Assembly (NCBI RefSeq): GCF_000315625.1
Contig: NW_005434580.1
Location: 37,261 to 101,260 of the forward strand
Length of the DNA stretch: 64,000 bases
Direction of reading: 5' to 3'
DNA from: Guillardia theta CCMP2712
Lineage: Eukaryota > Protista > Cryptophyta
Below, piece by piece: positions 12,601 to 28,000 of the stretch. A program made the position numbers and the translations under genes. How positions within the stretch are numbered: the stretch's first letter is position 1; each line of letters opens with the position of its first letter. Under the pieces are notes generated by a model, which was not told the origin of the DNA, searched no databases, and saw only the letters and a list, made by a program, of their open reading frames with translations.

Positions 12601-13791
12601 CTCAAAGTTAAGTAGGGTACTACGGTTTTAAATCAGTGATAGTAGAAGCTTCCGAGGGTAAAGACCGTCTCAAGTCGAAGAGGTCAATGAGGCGATTCCG
12701 TTGAGGATAAGCGGCAAGTTTGAGGGTTTCGGTAACCAGAGGTCGGTAGATATGAGCTGAAACGTTGTGATTTCAGACTTTATCAAGGGGCTGCTGGCGA
12801 AAAGGATTTTTTCCATTGTACCTCAGTCGTAACATTGGGTGGGTGGAATGACTTAATCAGTTAAAAGAAAATTTCAAATATTATTATGTAGATTAAATTT
12901 GAAATAAAGAGTCCGACTCCATCGATGACATACATAAATTTATTGGGTGATGAGTTGGGGTAGGGGTACTACATACGCCTGCTCAAGAGTACTTCAAAAT
13001 CTCAACGTTTTGAAGCAAACAAAAACCGTTTTATGATTAAAAGGGGTAAATATCTGTTGTAAAACCATTGTCATGCGGATAAAAACACCGGTCAGTTTTA
13101 GGTAATGACGATTTTGGTTTCAATTTTAAGGAAAAGATTTGAAATATGTTTCAAGATTGTGATCATATCTGACAGAATGCCGGTCAGCGCAGATACGAAA
13201 CAACTCTTTTTCGAGTTCCAAGGGTCCAACCTACCCAACCCTACAGACTTTACCCCCACCCCCGATTTTGAGCTTCGGACTCTTGTAGTACCGGTTATTA
13301 CGTAGAAGTACCGCAGCCTAACTCTGACGGAACAACCGGTACATCTATAGCAATTACCACCCCACCCTAAAAATCGCCAAATTGAAGCTATCTACCCTAC
13401 CTTTTCATAACCACCCTACCCGTTTTGAGCCTTCCACTACCCCTCCCTCCCATCTTTCCTTCCCCGACCACAATTCCAAGAGCGTGTGCATGCATACAAA
13501 GGCGGTGAACATGAGTAAGAGCGAAGTCGCGCAGAGACAGCGAGACAAGTGAAGTTCTGGATAAGTTGAAGGAGACAGGCTGCAGAGGGGCAACGAGTCT
13601 GGGACTGCATCTTGGAGGGGGGAGCCCGGAAGTCAGAGATACCAGGACGGTACTGAGTGGTAGGGATTCGAACGTTTTGGAAACAAGCCATCTATCGTTC
13701 ATACGATACGGTCTGAGGGAGTGATTCGAACGATAGCAAAGATTCGAAAAGGATCGAGTTTATATTTGGAAGGATTTCTGCCAGGAAGGCA

Positions 13792-14958
13792 GTGGAACTG
13801 GTAACCTTGACGGGTGGGAAAATCTATTTTATTCAAGAAAAGATCGACTTTATTCAAGACAGGAGCCTGTTGGAAGGAATCTTTCATGGTCAAACCAGTT
13901 CGGTAAAAGATCAAAACTTCATTTTTCATCGTGCTTCGTCTTCGGCATCTTTGTCCTCCGAACTTGGGAACATGAAGAACTGTGCCAAGATGGCCAGGCC
14001 GGTCGATACTCAGGGATCGTTTCACAACCTTACAGTGCAAGGAAGTGAAGACAACATGTTGTTTGGGATCCAAGAAAGTACTGCAGAGAGATCCAAGATC
14101 AACGACAGGAGCACACGAGCACCAGCTCCCCCTGTTCCCTTGCCCACAGACAACGGCGACTTGTCGTTCCTGGACGCTGGTTTTGCCGGAGCTGATCTGA
14201 GAGGGCATGGAGGAGGGGAAAGAAGAACGCCGTCGGGGCACAGCACAGACGAGAATGATACTCCAAGTGCTCGCATCATCCTGACGGAAGAAATGGCATG
14301 CGAAATATACTCTAAGAGGACATTTGGGGAGACGCGGAGCACGCTGGTAGCACAGGAGTACGGGGTGAGCCCCAAGGCGATAAGGGACATCTGGAACAGG
14401 AGGACGTGGTCGTATGCGACCTACGATCTGTGGACGGCAGAGGAGCTGCTGGACTACAGGAGGAGCAGGAGGTGTGAGAAGTGTAACACTGGGCAAGGAG
14501 GGCACTGTGTGTGCCTGCCTGTGAAGCGGCAGGGGAGGCCAGCGGGAGCCAAGGACTCGAAGCCGAGGAAGAAGAGGCAGTTCCCGGTGACGGGGACAGA
14601 AGGGTTGGCAGCGAAAGAGGTAGGAGGAGGGCCGGCGATGACCAGGAGAGAGCAGGTGCAGGAGCAACCTGGAGCTGTCAATACGAGCATGCCGAACGGC
14701 ACCGTAGCCCCTGGCAGCAGCAACCAGGTTGATCGCCCGCACGCTTTGCCCTCCACCACCACCACCACCTCCTCCTCAGTGAGGAATAGGATGCAGATGA
14801 GATCAATGGAGCTGGAGCTGGATCTTCCGCAGGAGGAGGGGGAGGACGACTGGATGCTTTGCCCGGAGACGATAGGGCAGTTCTTGGAGGTAGAGCCGGA
14901 CCCTGGCTTCCATGAAATGGAACAGGATGAGATTTTTGCTGGAGAGAGGTTGGCGTGA
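13792..14958 (+). CDS. Putative DNA-binding protein: HTH (YGVSPKAIRDIWNRRTW family) + Cys cluster + AT-hook-like GRP motif
   Basis: Intronless 388-aa ORF; true start likely at an ATG near 13972. Motifs: LTEEMACEIY..LVAQEYGVSPKAIRDIWNRRTW, CEKC..HCVC, RQGRPAGAKDSKPRKKR. Confidence 0.75.
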   Translation: MELVTLTGGKIYFIQEKIDFIQDRSLLEGIFHGQTSSVKDQNFIFHRASSSASLSSELGNMKNCAKMARPVDTQGSFHNLTVQGSEDNMLFGIQESTAERSKINDRSTRAPAPPVPLPTDNGDLSFLDAGFAGADLRGHGGGERRTPSGHSTDENDTPSARIILTEEMACEIYSKRTFGETRSTLVAQEYGVSPKAIRDIWNRRTWSYATYDLWTAEELLDYRRSRRCEKCNTGQGGHCVCLPVKRQGRPAGAKDSKPRKKRQFPVTGTEGLAAKEVGGGPAMTRREQVQEQPGAVNTSMPNGTVAPGSSNQVDRPHALPSTTTTTSSSVRNRMQMRSMELELDLPQEEGEDDWMLCPETIGQFLEVEPDPGFHEMEQDEIFAGERLA

Positions 14959-15398
14959 TAGGGGAGGAGGGAGGAGGAGGGGGCAGAGGAGAGGAGAGGA
15001 GAGGAGAGGAGAGGAGAGGAGAGGAGAGGAGAGGAGAAGACGGGGAAGAATGGTCAAAGGCATAAAGAGGAGGGTGGAGGGTGGGGGTAGCCGGCAGATT
15101 GAGGGGGTTGGAAGGAGGGGCGGGTAGAACGATTGAGGAGGAGGGTAAGAAAGCAGAAAGTAGTTAAAGGCATGCAGAAGAAGAAATTTCACTGTAAATA
15201 TGTTGAAGGAGAGAACATGGTTAAGAGGAGAAGAGATGTAACGAGGTGGAAAGATATTCTATCGAGATGTAAATCAGAGCTGAAAGAACTAACAAGTCGA
15301 TGTTTTCCCTTCCTGTATGTTCGACTTGCAGTTGAGATGGTAAACTTGTTGAACATGTAAAGAGCGCTTGCAGCATCATGATCTTGAAATCAACCGAA

Positions 15399-15498
15399 TC
15401 AATCAATGTCCTCCGCACCCTCCATGTCGGAGCTTTCACAAGATGAGCCTTCTTCCTGGATTCCCCCCTTGTAGCTGCGAATCTTCCATCCCTGCGCT

Positions 15499-15550
<52 letters not shown>

Positions 15551-17047
15551 TCCCTTCCTTTTCATCGTCGTCCACGTCGTCCTCCCCTTGCTCCTTCATT
15601 TCCTTGCTACTCTGCCTCCTTTCTTCATGCAAGTGGTCATTGGACGAAGGGAGGAAACAAAGTTGAAGCGACTTGAAGTCATCTTCACTCATCCCTGTCG
15701 CGGCATCAGACGCGACAACAAAATGAGTGCGAGGAGCAAGAAGATGGGAAGGAAAAGGAGGAGGAGGAGGAGGAGGAGGAGGAGGAGGAGGAGGAGGAGG
15801 AGGAGGAGGNNNNNNNNNNNNNNNNNNNNNNNNNNNNNNNNNNNNNNNNNNNNNNNNNNNNNNNNNNNNNNNNNNNNNNNNNNNNNNNNNNNNNNNNNNN
15901 NNNNNNNNNGACCTCCCTCTTCCCCCCCCCCCTTCCTCCCCTTCCTCCCTCCCACCTCCCGCCCCCCTCCCCCCACCCTCTCCCTCCCACGTGTTTCATC
16001 CACTCGCCCTCGTCCTCATCCCCCTACTCTCTCACCTTGGCTACTTCGGCCCTGAGCTCCTGCAACACTGAAGGAAGCCTGTAGTCGTCATGTCAGAGAA
16101 GGATTCAGAGAGAGAGCGACTAGGTGAGTTGCTGAAATGTATACGAAACGGAAACGAAGGAAGATAACGAGGAGGAGGAGGATGAAGGTGATAAAAGTGG
16201 AAGGATTGTTTGTGGAGGAGGGGGAGAGCATCGGAATTTCTTCTTCACCTCCTTGCGAGTAGTTTGATTACAAGCTCCTGCTTCTTTCCTGCCATCGGGC
16301 TGGGCGGCGGGAGAGGAGAAGGCAGAGCAAGGGATGGAGGGGGGGAGGAGAGAGAAGAGGAGAAGCAGAGAGGAGATGGAGGGAGTTCCAGAAGGCTGAT
16401 GGCTTCCTCGCTAGTCCTGCAGAAGAGATGAGGGGATGAAAGCTGAACAAGATTGAGAGAAGGGGAGAAGGAGCAAAGAGAGCAGGTAGGAGGAGAAACA
16501 AAGAAGAAAGGGGATGAGGATGAAGGTAGAAGGAGGGAGAAGATGAGGACTAGGGGAGGAAGGAGATGGGGGACAGTGTAGGAGGAAACGTGGAGCAGGA
16601 GAGAGGTCAAACGCGGAGCAAGACAGAGGAAGAGGAGGAGCAACCATTCTTGGAGCACTAAGAGGATTTTCATGTGGCTATTTGCCTTAAGACGAAAGTT
16701 CTTGAGCATGTCGGTAACATCCTGCGATACAGACAAGTGAGGGGGAGGGAAGAAGACGATAGTAGAGGAGAAGGAATGCAACGAACGTTGGAAAGTAAGG
16801 AGAGGGGGCTGGAGGAGGAGGAGGAGGTGGTGGTGGTGGTGGTGGAGGAGGAGGATGGAGATGAGGATTACGAGGTGGTGGTGGTGGTGGTGGTGGAGGA
16901 GGAGGAGGAGGAGGAGGAGGAGGAAGGAGGAAGGAGGAAGAGGAGGAGGATGATGATGAGGAGGATTAAGATTCACCTCCATCAATTCAACAACATCCCA
17001 GGGATCCTCATCGTCCTCCTCCGTCTCCTCGTTCCCTTCCCGCACCC

Positions 17048-17090
<43 letters not shown>

Positions 17091-18595
17091 ATCCTTCGCT
17101 GCTCTTCTCTCCTTTATCACATGCTCCACTTCAGTGTGCTGAACGCCAAACCGTATCCTCTTCTCGTCTGTTGACTGAATTGCATTCCCTCCAGAGGTAC
17201 GCTCCTCGACCACTGGCGCTTGCGTGGAGGAGCGATGAGGAGGATGAGGATGAGGATGAGGAGGAGGGTGAGAGGACGAGGTAGAGGTAGGAGAATGTTT
17301 CGACTCCTGTGCTGCCCTCGCTCGATGCCCCTCGATGCTTGAGAAATTTTCCGGCCTGTATGCACCAAAGCAATCAGAAGGGCGACTAGGAGGAGAGAAA
17401 GAAGGGGAGAGAAGGGGGAGAGGGGAGGCATTGGCGACTGGAGGAGGGGAGAACGTGGAGAAGGCAGAGGAGCGGCGGAGAGACACAAAACAAGGAGGGA
17501 GGGAAGGAGGGGAGAATAGGATCATGGAATGAAGAGAAAGAGAGAAGAAACTTGCTTGAACTCGAAGCTTGGAGGAGACGGCTGCTTCTCAACAATCTTG
17601 TGTTTGTCGTCCCCCGTTCCCGACATCTGACAGGCAGGGGAAGGTTGACCGATATTCCGAACAGCAACATGAAGATGCGAGAGGAGCAGAGGACGGAGGA
17701 AAAGGACGAAGGAAGGCAAAGTTGCTTGCTCGGAAACCACAAATGAAAGGGAGGGGGGGAAGGACAGAGGCGGAGGATGGGAAGAACAGCGCTTTACGGG
17801 CAGAGCGGTAAGATCAGAGAGGATGGGATAGAGAGGGATGGCGGAGGAGGCAAGATGTAGTGCACACACATGATACAAGATCAAGAGTTGGGGTGCCAGA
17901 GGACGGCAGGGAGTACGGGGAGGGAGAAGGGAGGAGAGAGGAGGAAGGACGGGAGGAGGGACAATGAGGACGGAAGGAGGGAGGATGATAGAAATAACAG
18001 CTCAAGGAAAGAAGAGCGAAGAGACGGGAGTGAGGGAGGACAAGCCAGGTGCTCGGAGCCTCACCATCTCCTCACTGACGTCCTTCATCGGCCGGTAGGC
18101 TTGCAGGGAGCCTTTGAAGATGGAGCTTGCCATGCCGCAGCCTTCGGAGCAGAAGTACTTCCTCCCCTTGACGCTGGACACCGTTCTCCTCTCGAACAAA
18201 ATCTGAGACTTGCCCACGGGCTTCGACGCGTCTTGCAGGGAGCGATGGCAGAGAGGGTAGCCGCAGAGCCCCTTTAGCGCTCGTTCCTTCGTAGCGTCCT
18301 CGTAGTCCTGGATCGAGATCCACTCGCCCGTTTCCTCCAGCTCCTCCAGGCTAACGGAGTCGTTTTCAAACAGTCTCCTGCACATCACCAGTACCTTCCT
18401 CTCTCGCTCTACCTTAGCCAGCAGCTGGCTCTCGATCTTCTTCCTGTATTCCTCGAGCAGCTTCCGCTTTTCCGCAGCCTCTTGCGTCATCGGTTTGGCT
18501 TTCTTTAGGATCCCCTTCTTCTTCCCCTTCCTCGGCAAGACCGACGTCGCCGTTTCGGCCTCCTGCCTCTCCTTCACCTCCATCTCAGCCTGCAC
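15399..18595 (-). CDS. RPAP2: RNA polymerase II CTD phosphatase RPAP2/Rtr1-like protein (multi-exon)
   Basis: Rtr1 zinc-finger signature DYEDATKERALKGLCGYPLC...YFCSEGCGMAS in 18002-18595. Downstream exons inferred between repeat-rich introns; both ends approximate. Confidence 0.75.
15810..15909. other. Assembly gap within (GGA)n
   Basis: N run. Confidence 1.
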
Positions 18596-18839
18596 CTGTC
18601 AAGCTATGTCATGCTCGTGTTGTCTCGAATCGCCCTCTCCTCCTCTCCTCTCCTCTCCTCTCCTCTCCTCAGGTCCTGTCCTGTCCTGTCCTGTCCTGTC
18701 CTGTCCTGTCCCCTCCCCTCTTCTTCTCTTCTCCTCCTTTCTCCCCTTCCCTTCCCTTCCCTTCCACTCTCCTTGTATCACTTCCCTCACTCCCTTCCCC
18801 TACCTCCATACCCGCATACATGCACGACTTTGGTATCCA

Positions 18840-18886
<47 letters not shown>

Positions 18887-18889
18887 ATA

Positions 18890-18941
<52 letters not shown>

Positions 18942-18952
18942 ACCTGCTCCTG
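18840..18952 (+). repeat. (CCTGCT)n microsatellite
   Basis: Direct reiteration. Confidence 0.95.
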
Positions 18953-20284
18953 TTTCGCCACTGAAAGCATTCAGGGTGCATAGCATGCGAAAACCCGTGA
19001 GCAAGGCTGATCGCGCGCACGAATGAAAAACTCACTTTTGCAAACAGAAATTCAAAGGCAGCACCGTGATCACAGCTAGACTTTGTCGTACCTGCTAGTT
19101 CCGGATATGACTTGGGTCCCCTTCCGCAAAAACTGATTTCCCCTAGGGGTAGGGGTGGTACCCGTGACCCAGTGCATTTTCGAATCATAGTCGCTGATTC
19201 TAGGTGCCTTCCCATTGAAAAGTTGAAATATGATCGAGAGATTTGAAATTCAGCCCCCGGTCGTTAGCGCCCGACAACACAGCAACATGTATTTTAAAAC
19301 GGTACCGTAATGTATTTCTTTTCCTATTCCCCGTAATGATATTAAAACGTTTTAATATCTTCGCTCACCCCACCCGCTCCTCGCCTTGCACTGTTGTCTC
19401 TGCCCACCCCACCCTTCTCCTTTGACTACCCTACCCTCAAATAAACCTTCTCACGTGGTTTATTGTACCGGTACCCGTCCCTACGAGCCTCCATTGTTGA
19501 TACCACCCCCTCGCCCTCCCCGCTGACGCGGAGACGCGGGAACCATGCACTTGCTATTGCAAGACGGAATGCACAATTAGTCTCTTTCCGCAACATCACA
19601 GTCCTCCTCCTCCTCCTCCCTCTCCTCCTCCTCCTTTCCCTTCATATGTTTATGCTTCATGCTCTCACATGCCCTGTCACTGACCTCTCACTCACTCATT
19701 GCTGAAGATTGGACCTCTCATACGCAAATAACCTTGTAGAACATGATGCTGTGTCTAGCTCTCATCGTTCTCTTACAAAATAGACCTGCTGTTATTTTCA
19801 ACTTAGATTTGGAATTTTATCTTCCTTCTCCGTGTCAAACTGATGCCGGTTGCTGATGTAAAACTCCCGAAAGCATCTTCTTTGCTGGCCATTTCTAAGT
19901 TCCTGCTGCAGCATGAGTTAGTGAGATGGGACACATCGGGTCTTTTCACAGCTACCTTACACATTTCAATGCTGTTGATATTTGATCATGATTTGCTCCC
20001 TGAGATAGTTTCGTTCCTCCAGTGCCATGCCGTACAACATCCATACCTCACCTTCAAACTGAATGCTGTTGGCTCGCAGACTCGAACACAGAATCTGGTC
20101 CATGATTGTTATCAGGTTGTGTACCTTATAAAGGCCATCACTTGGTCGACGTTGCGATATTAATCCTGGTGAGATCGATTATCCTTATTCTTACGCGCCG
20201 CGGTGACTGTATTGCAGCAAAGCGATTTCGTGGTGCTGGCCGTGTAAGATAACGCCAGGAGAAGATTAGGTCAAATTTGCAGGA

Positions 20285-22488
<2,204 letters not shown>

Positions 22489-24697
22489 AGGGTCCTGAGC
22501 GATGGGTGCAGGGTGAAGAGCTGGAAGGAGAGTTGGGCGTTGGGACTGGGCACCTTGCGAAAAAGCTGAAGAAAAACTCAAAACGAGCCTCAAGTCAAGG
22601 TGCAGGCCGTCAGTGCGATGGATGTGTGAATTGATGCTTGAGAATGACAGGAAGTTGGCTTTTCCGATCTTGGACCAACAGTGGTATGATTTCTTGCCGA
22701 TCGTGACGCATTTCCTGAAGGATCTTCTTGTTGCAGGGGAGGGAAAAAATTTTGATATTGGCTACTTCCTTCTCAGCTTTTTATGTGAGCAGCCGACTGC
22801 GAATTCCTTTCTTTGTCACCGCCCGCCTAAACGCCTGCCTGCCTGCCTGCCAATCTCTGTGTTGTCTGTTGTTCGTATTAACTTGTTCTTGTTTTGCGAT
22901 CAGGTGCAACTGCGTCTGCTGCGTTGGTTGTTTATATCCTTTCGGACATAACTGTGTATATCAATGCTTGAGTGTGCGATGGACGAGCGAGGAGTCTGCT
23001 GTTCGAGCAGAGAGATTAGTATTGTCCATCTTAACCATGTTGCTTGAAGTTGTATCTCTTCGCGTCGTTTAAACCGACTCATCAATGTTTCAATCATCGG
23101 CCCGGGACGGGTAGACTTCTGTGGTCAAGCCTGGCAGCTGGGTCTCAGCACAGGGTCACCGTGGCAGCGGGCCGCTGCCGCTTCACTGTACACTGGCGCT
23201 GCCAACAGGCACACACCGTTGGCAGCGCCGCTCAGCATCCATGATAGCATGGCGTGCAATCGCTGAGTAGAGTATTTTCGACGGAGACGGTGCAAATTGG
23301 GCCGCAGTGCGGCTTCGTGTCACTGAACTTTCAAGTCGAGTCACAAGTTTTGCAAGTTTGCAAGTTGACTCACGGTGACTCAGTGGCCATTGCCGCGAGA
23401 TCGGCCGGCCCCCGGGCCGCCGAGGCTCGGTCCCGACCGTCGGACTCTCGACGGTGCCACCGTACGGTCCGGGTGAGCGGCGGCTCGGTGAGCGTGGCCG
23501 AACTTCCGAACTTGAAAGTTTGACTAGCGCCGGCTCTGAAAGTTGAAAGTTTTTAAACTTCAGTCAGAAGTTTTCTCGGAACTTGACACTGTAAAACGTT
23601 TTACTATAAAATGTAGCCGACTGTTCCACCCCTTTCTCTCATATCTTTTTAGACCCACAGTAGATACCTTTTAGTACCAGTGAAGAATATCAGTACGGAG
23701 TTCTTTTTAAATGAAGTACATCTATTTTTATATCGTACTGTAAAACTTGCATGATATAATAAATAATTTTATATTTTATTCTTTTCAACTTTTAAAACAT
23801 CTGTTTTAAATACCCCTCGCCCTGGCAAACGGGCAATCTTGACTACAACACATACAGATCGGCCACCCCACCCCCTTCCACCACCCTACACCAAACCGAA
23901 ATCCTCTGTGTCCCTTTCGTTTAGCTGGAAACTTCCCATTACTACCTGGTCCTGAGATGAAATCACAGGGGGGTGGGTCCAGGAGTAAAATATTGACTAT
24001 AACACTTATTTAGGGTGCGCCCGTAGCCGCGATGCGGAGGGAGGGCAATGGAAAGAGGAATGTGGTGGAGAAGAGAGAGAGGAGAGGAAGCGAGGCGATA
24101 CGACAAGGTTTGTACGTGATGAATGAATCAGAAGAATAGAGATGGGAAGAAAACAGCTACGATCAACTCATGGGATATGCTAATGGAGTCAAGAAGATGC
24201 CGGTGGTCAAGGCAGGGAAAGTATGGGATTCAAGCTAAAGAGAGGGAATGGCTCGCATATGAGAGACGAGAATTGCTCGTGGTGGTGATATTCAATGCAT
24301 TCATTGACTAGAAATGTTTTTGACATCGTCATTGTGTTGAGAAAGTTGACTTGCAAGGTCATTGAAGTTTGAGGTCGCGTCAGCGAGATTCTGATGGCTG
24401 TGATGGGTAGCCTAGAAAACTTCACGAATTGACCAATAGGTTTGTTTTTACTATGCATCATTCGAACATTCTTGGTTGGATTCAAAGCGTGTGGGGAAGC
24501 TCGGGATGAGTTTGTGACAAAGTTCAACAGTGGGATTTCTCAGTAACAGGTTTGAAATGATAACACAACATCGTAGAAAAATGAGAAGCTCTTGTGTTTT
24601 AATGCGAACTTGTGATAGTGAGCGACTAGTCAATCAGTTTGAAGTGTGAGCGGAGGTGAGAAAAACGGCTGGCAAGATATGATTTGTATCGCGCTTG

Positions 24698-24754
24698 AAG
24701 GTCTAACAGAATGGAGAAGGTCTAACAGAATGGAGATGGTCTAACAGAATGGAG
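24698..24754 (+). repeat. 19-bp tandem triplication (A[A/T]GGTCTAACAGAATGGAG)
   Basis: Three adjacent copies upstream of the MAPK gene. Confidence 0.9.
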
Positions 24755-25062
24755 ATGTCTACGGTGACTAGGAGAGGGTTGAGATAAGCAGCATTGGACT
24801 GACTTCGGTCATGAGCTGACACCACAAAGCTGGACGTCTTGATCGATGCTCACCCTGCCTATGGTAGCAGGAAATCGTTGGCAACTGAGCAGCGCTACAA
24901 GAAGCTTTAGTCAAGACAGGACACACGAAGGGGTCACAGCGTCCCCTTGCTCTTTATCGGTCCCTAGGGACAGAATCTCTTTCGTCTTCCTGTGGCTCTC
25001 AATCCGCTCAGGTGATGCGCAGACTGTCGTGCTTGCTTCCTGTGCTCTTACCCCATCGCAGG

Positions 25063-28000
25063 ATGACTTTCACTATCGAGAATCAAATCTTTACCATCCC
25101 AGATAAGGTATGCGAGCTTTGCTGGAGCGGTCTGAAAGGCTGTAACGTTCATGAACAGTACGTGCCGCTGCAGAACAAGCTTCTTGGCAAAGGAGCGTAT
25201 GGTCATGTTTGCGCCGTCTCGAACAAGGATACAGGAGAGCGTCTTGCGGTCAAGAAGGTATTGCTGCCATTCACTCCTGGTGTGGACGTTTAAATCCTTG
25301 TCAACAGGTCAAAAATGCTTTTGATGACCTTGTTGATGCGAAGAGAGTTCTACGCGAGATCAGGTCGTTATGGCTCGCAGTCTGATGATGAAGAGGAAGC
25401 TGAGAATGATCGTCGACAGGCTCCTGTGCTCGTTCGATCACGAGAACGTCCTCTGCATCAAGGATCTGCACATGCCGCTGGACCCGAATGGTGGGAGGCT
25501 TGTGGATTGATCAGCTGTGCTGACAGTGATGAACAGGCAAGCATGAAGACGTCTACATCATCACTGAGCTTCTCGACACCGACTTGTCCAAGGTTAGATG
25601 ATTTTGGAGAGCGAGACGGTCAGGGCTGAACATACCCGCTGAACTTACTTGCAGGTTATCTACTCCCCGCAGCCTCTGATCGACGACCATTGTCAGGTAC
25701 ACGAACAGCAGGCTCACATTCCAACTCTCTGACTGTGACTGTGAAGTACTTCCTCTACCAAGTCTGCCGAGGCTTGAAATACCTTCACAGCGCAAGGCAA
25801 CCCAGCCCTAGGCACTCTTTCAGCCCTCTGTTGGTTTGACGTTCTGGTTGCTTGCAGAGTGCTACATCGCGATCTCAAACCCGGAAATCTCCTTGGTGAG
25901 AATCAGAGAGAGAGGGAGGGAGGGAGGGGGAGGGAGAGAAAGAAGGTCAGCTCGTGCTGATTCGGTGCCTATGCAGTGAATAGCAACTGTGACTTGAAAA
26001 TCTGCGATTTTGGCCTGGCGAGGCTGGAGGAGGTAGACAGGAGGAGCCTGTCGATGATGTGCTGAAGATGTTACAAGGATACCAACCCATCAACGATGAC
26101 AGCCTATGTCGTCACGCGATGGTACAGGTGAGACGCATGCTCCTCGTTGGAAGAGGAGGAGGAAAGGGGATCGGGGGATAGAGGGGCGATGTGGGGCTGG
26201 GGAGGGGAGAGGTGTTGATAGCTATCCCAGGGCACCAGAGCTCTTGTACCTCAAGAACTACACTGAAGCTATCGACATCTGGTATGCCCCCTCATCTTCG
26301 AACTCGTCCCCCCACCTTCGTTGAGATGCATCCCCCTCTTGCTCAATCCGAAGATCCTCCCTTGCACAAAGATCAGGAGCTCCTTCAGCTGCCTCCCAGC
26401 TGCCTCCCAGCTGCGTCCCAGTAACAGGATGCCGATCAGGTCTGTGGGCTGCATCTTTGCGGAGATTCTTGGCCGAAAAGCGTTCTTGCAAGGAAAGAAC
26501 TACCAGGTAACAGGCACACGGTCTCACTCGAGGGCCCTTCTCCAAGAGATTCCTCCTTCACCTTCCCTGCTGCCCCTGCCCCTGCCCGTCTCCCTCTCCC
26601 ATGCTTTCTCCCCCCTGCTTCTCGCTCTCCTCTCCTTTCTCCAGTCTCCAGGTCCCACTAAATCTCATCTTTCAGGACCAGCTGCTTGTCATTTTTCAGA
26701 TTGTGGGGCCGCCGACAGGTCAGCACAATTTCTTGCCTACCGCGAGGGGTCTGACGCTGGATTCGTCGGTTTTGGCTTGTTCTGCAGAGGAAGACCTGCA
26801 GGTTTATTTCACCTTGACTCCTCCTCTTTCCTACCTCTTCTCTTTGGAAACCCCGACCCCTCTCACCCTCTCCGCTTTCTTTCCCACAAGCACTTCTTGG
26901 GCGTTTTCTTCCCCCTTCCTCCTCCTCCTCCTCCTCCTCCTCCTCCTCCTCCTCCTTGTTTTTATCTCTTTCTCAGTCCTCGTCGTTGCAACCCAGTCAC
27001 TGACGCGGAACCAGGTTGTCCCCAACCCGGAAGTTCGAGAATACATCCGCAAGCTGCCCAAGGTGAGGAGGAAGGCGTGGGATAGCAGAACAGAGGGGGT
27101 TCTACACAGTAAGGGACGGGAGGGAGCGAGGGATGAAGGGATAGATGGATGATGGGAGGGAGGTAGGGAGGGACGAACAGGGGAGGAGGAGGGGGGAGGG
27201 GGCAAGACGGGATGAGCAGGACTGACGAGTTTCCCTTAGCCAACCCGCATCGTCCCACTCAAGGAAAGGTTCCCCAAGGCAAGACCCGAGGCCATAGGTT
27301 TCCATGTCAAGTTCCAGCTGGGTTGTAGCTGAGAATGCTCGCAGACTTGTTGAGTATGATGTTGAGGTTCAACCCGCACAAGAGGCCGACGGTGAGAAAT
27401 CCTCCCCTTGCTCCCTCCAGCTCCTCCCCCCCCCTCCCCTTGCTCCTGCTCCCTTCCTACCTCTCCTCCCGTCCCTGGCTGTCCCTCTCTCCTTGCGTCC
27501 TGCATTTCTCTCCCCTTGCTGTCTTTTTCCTCCGTTCCTCTCCTTCTCTTTGCCTTCAACCTCTTCGTTTCCCTTCAACCCTCCTATGCTCCCGTCTCCT
27601 CGCCTCCTCCCTCCTTCTTGCTGCTTCCCGCCCCCGCCCTTCCCCCATCCCTTGATTCTTCTTTCTAGCTGATCACTGCTCTCATTATCTTTCAGGCTGC
27701 GCAATGTCTAGAGCATCCTTACCTGGCTGAGTACCACGACCCTGAGGACGAGCCTGAGAGCGACTCGCACTTCGAGTGGGAGTTTGAGGGGTGAGGATGG
27801 GTAGGAGGTTTGAGATGTTGCTGACGACGATGGCAGGATGGAGTTGTCGAGGGATCAGATCAGAGCATACATGTTTGATGAGGTGATGCCTGCTGCCGCT
27901 GCTGTAGTGGTGTAGAGCAGAGGAGAGGAGCAGGAGGAGGAAGGAACAAGGAGGAGGAAGAAGGAGCAGGAGCAGGGTAAGGGGTCAAGGGGGTAAGGGG

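Noticed and set aside
11908-12631. ORFs in the GC island
   Set aside because: Stop-codon depletion due to GC content; Ala/Arg/Pro/Gly-rich with no domain signal.
14520-14580. GRPAGAKD motif as a copia retrotransposon remnant
   Set aside because: No integrase, reverse transcriptase or LTR nearby; better explained as AT-hook-like.
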